Source: an uncultured Candidatus Rokubacteria bacterium (lineage in GTDB: Bacteria > Methylomirabilota > Methylomirabilia > Rokubacteriales > CSP1-6). Taken from it: a stretch of 64,000 bases of DNA. Below, in pieces: positions 59,930-64,000 of this stretch. The notes under the pieces were generated by a model, which was given only the letters and a program-made list of their open reading frames with translations, searched no databases and was not told the origin of the DNA. The DNA lies in NCBI GenBank assembly GCA_963762145.1, contig CAVXJS010000014.1, positions 352,001-416,000 on the forward strand, given 5' to 3'. A program made the translations under genes and the position numbers. The first letter of the stretch is position 1. Every line of letters begins with the position of its first letter.

Positions 59930-62024
59930 TCATCGGCGCCCTCCGATCAAGGGCGCGAGCAGCGCGGCGGCGCGACGGGCGCCGTTTGTGTCGACGTCGC
60001 GATACAGCACCGGATGCTTGAGCCCTTCCGCGACCGCGTGGGCGAGCGTCTCGGGATCGGTCTCCGCGTAGTCCATGCGCACTCCGGCGCGGTAGCGGGC
60101 GAGCCGGTGCGGCACGTGGACGTTCTGCTCGAAGTGATTCCGGATCGGAAAGTAGAGGAACGGCCGCTTGGTGGCGGTCAGCTCCATGCAGGTGCTGAGG
60201 CCGCCCTGCACGATCGCCAGGTCGCAGCCGGCCAGGTGCGCGTAGAGATCGGGCACGAAGGATCGCAGCTCGACCCCGGGAGTCGGCGGGAACGCGGCCG
60301 GGTCGATCCGCGGCCCGGTCACCACGATCAGCCGGACCTCCGGGGATCGCCGTCGGATCTCGGGCCCGGCCGCGACCACCTTGGCGAGCAGGTGCCGGCC
60401 GACCGCGGTGCCGCCCACCGCGGCGAGGACGACCCGCTCGTCCGGCCGGAACCCGAGCCGCGCGCGCAGCGCGTCGCGGTCCGCGAACTCGGCCGGGTCG
60501 AAGGGCAGCACGTAGCCCGGGAACTCGTAGTGGGCGCTCGTCCACTCCCGGATGCCGGGGAGGCCCGGCCCGAATGGGCGGTCCACCACGTCGTCGGGGT
60601 CGCCCACGAAGAGGGCCCGGTCGCGGACACGCGGGAACCGGGCGACGTGCTCGATCATCTCCGCGTTGTAGTCGGCGGCCAGCGCGGCCTCGCGCGCGCC
60701 GGGTCGCGGGTCCATCGGCAGCCAGCCCACGAAGTCGGTGAGCCACGCGAACGGGGCCCGCTTCAGCTCCGGGTTCTCGTGGAGGTAGTGGTCGATCTCC
60801 CAGGCCTCGTCGCCGATCACCAGATCGTACGGCTCGGCCTCGAGTACGTCGTGGAGGACCATGAAGTTGGCGAGCAGGATCTCGTCCATGTTCCGCCAGG
60901 CCTGGAAGACGTGGAGATCGTGCTCCCCCGCCTCGGACTCCAGATGAACCGACTCCCCGGCCAGGAGCCGGCTCGCCGGGTGGACATGCTCCCCCCGCGC
61001 CTCCAGCACGCGGGTCACCGGATCCTGGGCGAGCCAGTGGATCTCGAGCTCAGGGTGGAGCGCGCGGAGCTCGCGGGCGATCGCGACATCACGAAGGGAG
61101 TGGCCGAGGCCGATCGGGCTCGAGACGAACAGGGCGCGCTTCGGCCGCGCCATCGCCCGCCGCCACGTCCGGCGCAATGGGGCCGGCGCCTGAAAGAAGT
61201 CGCGGAGCAAGAGGTTCGTACCGGACCGGCTGGCGGGCTCCGGGGGCGTGACCCGTGCCTTCGAAGACGCACCAGCGCGGAGCCGGCGATCGCCGCGTGA
61301 GCGCGCTCGGCGAGGCGCGAGGGGGCGGATCCGGTCCGAGTCCCCGTGAATGATGAGCGTCGGCACGAGGACCCGGGGCAAGAGCTTTGCCAGCGGCTCG
61401 TGATGCGGATACTCATTCATCGTCGCAATCAGGATATCCGGGGTGGTCTCGCGCCCCCACGACACGCCGTCCTCGCGCGGCTTCGTCGAGTGAGGCTCGG
61501 GGAAGCACTCGTCGAAGAAGAACTCCAGGAAGTCCTCGAAGTGCTCGCGCCAGTAATGGGCGTTGAACCGCTGCCAGCCGTCGTAGCTGGCGCGGGGCGT
61601 GTGGAAGTGCTCAGCCCCACGGAGCGCGTCGTCGAGCCCGGGCGCGACCAGAACGAGCCGCTCGACGCGCTCTGGGTGGTCCGCGGCGAGGATCGCGCCG
61701 TGCCAGGCACTGCGGGACTTGCAGACCAGCGAGGCCCTCGCGGTCCCCGTCGCGTCGAGCACGGCGAGGGCGTGGGCGACCGCGGTGCCGTGATCGTAGC
61801 CGCGCTCGGGACGCCCCGACCGGCCGTTCCCGGGCGGATCGAACGTGATCACGCGGAAGTGCCGCGCGAAGTACGGGACCTGCATCTTCCAGATCCGGCT
61901 GTCGGACGATCTGCCAAGGCGGAATGAGCATGACGGTGCGCTCACCGGCCCCGTGCTCCTCCCAGTAGATCCGCGTTCCCTGCGACTCCGCGTACCCTTC
62001 CCGATCCGGCTCGTGCGCGCGCAT
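59930..62024 (-). CDS. Alpha/beta hydrolase-glycosyltransferase (GT-B) fusion, copy 2 (frameshifts)
   Basis: ATG 62024; WKMQVPY..FDPPGNGRSGRP, EPHSTK, PTLIIHG; then SSPIGLGHSLRD, TDFVGWLP, DLAIVQGGLSTCMEL..PFLYFP..HFEQ. Confidence 0.85.
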
Positions 62025-62031
62025 CGATCGC

Positions 62032-64000
62032 CTACGAGCAGCTCCGCGATGAGGCGCGCGGCGCGGTCGGTGCCGTCGAGCGGCATCGTCGCGGAGTGGA
62101 CCGGCTTGCCCAGGTGCTCGACGATGGCGGCCGCCCAGGGCCTCCGGGCTCGTGCGGTCGTAGTCGAGGCGCACGCCCGCCCCGAGGCGATCGAGCCGGC
62201 GGGCCACGTGGAGCTGCTGCTCGAAGTGGTGCCGGAGCGGGAAGTAGAGGAACGGCGTGCGCACCGCGGCGAGCTCCATCGTGGTGGTGAGACCCGCCCT
62301 GCACGATCGCCAGGTCGGCGGCCGCGTGGTGCTCGAAGAGATCCGGCACGAACGACCGGATCTCGACGCGCGGATGCGGGGACGGCCCGAGCTCCGCCGC
62401 GCGGGCCGCCCACCAGCACCATGCGGGCCTCCGGGATCTGGGCCGCGATCAGCGAGAAGGCCTCCGCGCACTTCTCGAGGAGGCCGCGGCCGACCCGGGT
62501 GCCCCCCACCGAGGCCAGGATCACCCGCTCGTCCTCGCGGTAGCCGAGCCGGTGGCGCAGGGCGGCGCGGTCCCGGAAGGCGGCGCGGGTCGAAGTGGTA
62601 GGTGTAGCCGGAGAAGCGGAAGTGCTCGCGCGCCCACTGCGCGCATGTTCGGCAGGTCGGGGCCGAACTCCCGGTCGAGCACGTCGTCCTCGTCGCCGAC
62701 GAGGATCGAGCGGTCACGCACGTCGGGGTGCAGGCGCAGGTGGTCGATATTCTCCGCGTTCTTCTCCCAGCACACGGATGAACTCGGTGGAGCTCCGGTC
62801 GTCCCGCATCGGCAGCACGCCGATGAAGTCGGTGAGGAAGGCGTAGGGCGCCCGCTTCAGGTCCGGGTTCTCGTGCAGGAAGTAGTCGAGATCCCAGCCC
62901 TCGTCGCCGACCCAGAGGTCGTAGCGCTCGCGCTCCACCACGTCCGCGAAGGTCATGAAGTTCGCGGTCATGATCTCGTCCATGTCCCACAGCGCGTTGA
63001 ACGCGTGCAGCTCGTGGTCGGCGGCCCAGCCCTCGAAGTGCGCGGTCTCGTTCTGCAGCAGCGCGGTGGCCGGGTGCAGCCGCTCGCCCCAGTGGCGGAC
63101 CACCCGGTCGGCGGGAGCGGCGGCGAGGAAGTCCACCGTGGCGTCGGGATGGAGCTCGCGCAGCCGCCGGGCGATCGCGAGGTCGCGCTGGATGTGGCCG
63201 AGGCCGATCGGGCTGGACAGCCACAGGATCTTGCGCTGGCTGGTGGGCCGCGGCCGGCGGGCCGACGTCCCCGGCGTCTCCGCGGGCACCGTGCGCTCGG
63301 GCCGGGCCGGGACGGCGGCCGCGTCGACCGGGCGGTCGAGCACGAAGTCGCGGATGAGCCGGTTCACCTTGACCGCGTCGCGGCCGAAGAGGCAGTGGCC
63401 GCCGCCCTCGAACGTCGACGAGCCGCGCGCCCGGGATCGCCGCCACCATCTTCTGGGCGTGCGAGTAGGGCACGATCTTGTCCTGGGTGCCGTGCAGGGC
63501 CAGGGTCGGCACCGCGATCCGTCCGAGGAGGGTCGTGGGTGTCGGTGCTGTCGATGGCCCGGAGCGACTCGATGAGGACGTCGGGCGTGCGTCTCGCCCG
63601 CCCACGCCGATCCCGTCCTCGATGCCCTTCAGCGAGTGGGGCTCCGGCAGCATCCGCTTGAACAGGCGCGTGACGCCAGTCGTCGAAGTCGTCCGCGGAT
63701 CACCGGCGCCACCTTCTCCTCGAACGGCTCGCGGCAGGGACTCCGCGTACTGCGCCAGAGAGCAGGATCAGGTGCGAAGGCCGGTCGGGATGCTCGATCG
63801 CGTAGCGGAACGCGAGCAGGCGCCGCGCACGAGAAGGCGAGGAAGGCGAAGGGCGGCCGGGCGACCTCGTCCAGCACCGCCAGCAGGTCGCCGTAGCGGG
63901 TGTCGAGGTCGTAGCCGGTCGCCGGCCGGTCCGAGCGGCCGTTGCCGCGCGGATCCATCGTGATGACCCGGAAGTAGCGGGACAGATACGGGAATCTGGT
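62032..64000 (-). CDS. Alpha/beta hydrolase-glycosyltransferase (GT-B) fusion, copy 1 (5' end outside the window; frameshifts)
   Basis: QIPYLSRYFRVITMDPRGNGRSDRP, PEPHSLK, PTLALHG; SSPIGLGHIQRD, TDFIGVLP, DLAIVQ..TTTMEL..PFLYFP..HFEQ. Confidence 0.82.

Overview
Very GC-rich bacterial chromosomal segment with no rRNA, tRNA, CRISPR array, phage or intact transposase that I can see. The gene mix resembles Candidatus Rokubacteria/Methylomirabilota; this is inference only. It is densely packed with catabolic/redox genes: a CoxMSL-type molybdo-hydroxylase, two thiolase+DUF35 pairs, SDRs, luciferase-like oxidoreductases, enolase-superfamily enzymes, a ComD/ComE-like TPP decarboxylase pair, hydantoinase A/B and ABC binding proteins. 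Main observations: (1) two probable selenoprotein genes missed by the ORF track, an AhpD/CMD-like protein with CxxU (1992..2534, -) and a UGSC-motif protein (~19147..19677, -), each with a G-loop hairpin at nearly the same distance after the in-frame TGA; (2) a 28-bp REP-like repeat in 9 copies that sits at gene 3' ends and supplies an identical 'GVRS-stop' to three unrelated genes; (3) a co-directional cluster at 54.4-64 kb with two alpha/beta-hydrolase-glycosyltransferase fusions, a one-Cys OsmC-like protein, a V4R/H-NOX-like-GAF histidine kinase, a REC-adenylate cyclase and a sigma54 activator. Many single-base frameshifts cluster at 17.3-24.8 kb and 54.4-64 kb and look like long-read sequencing errors, so gene ends there are approximate.
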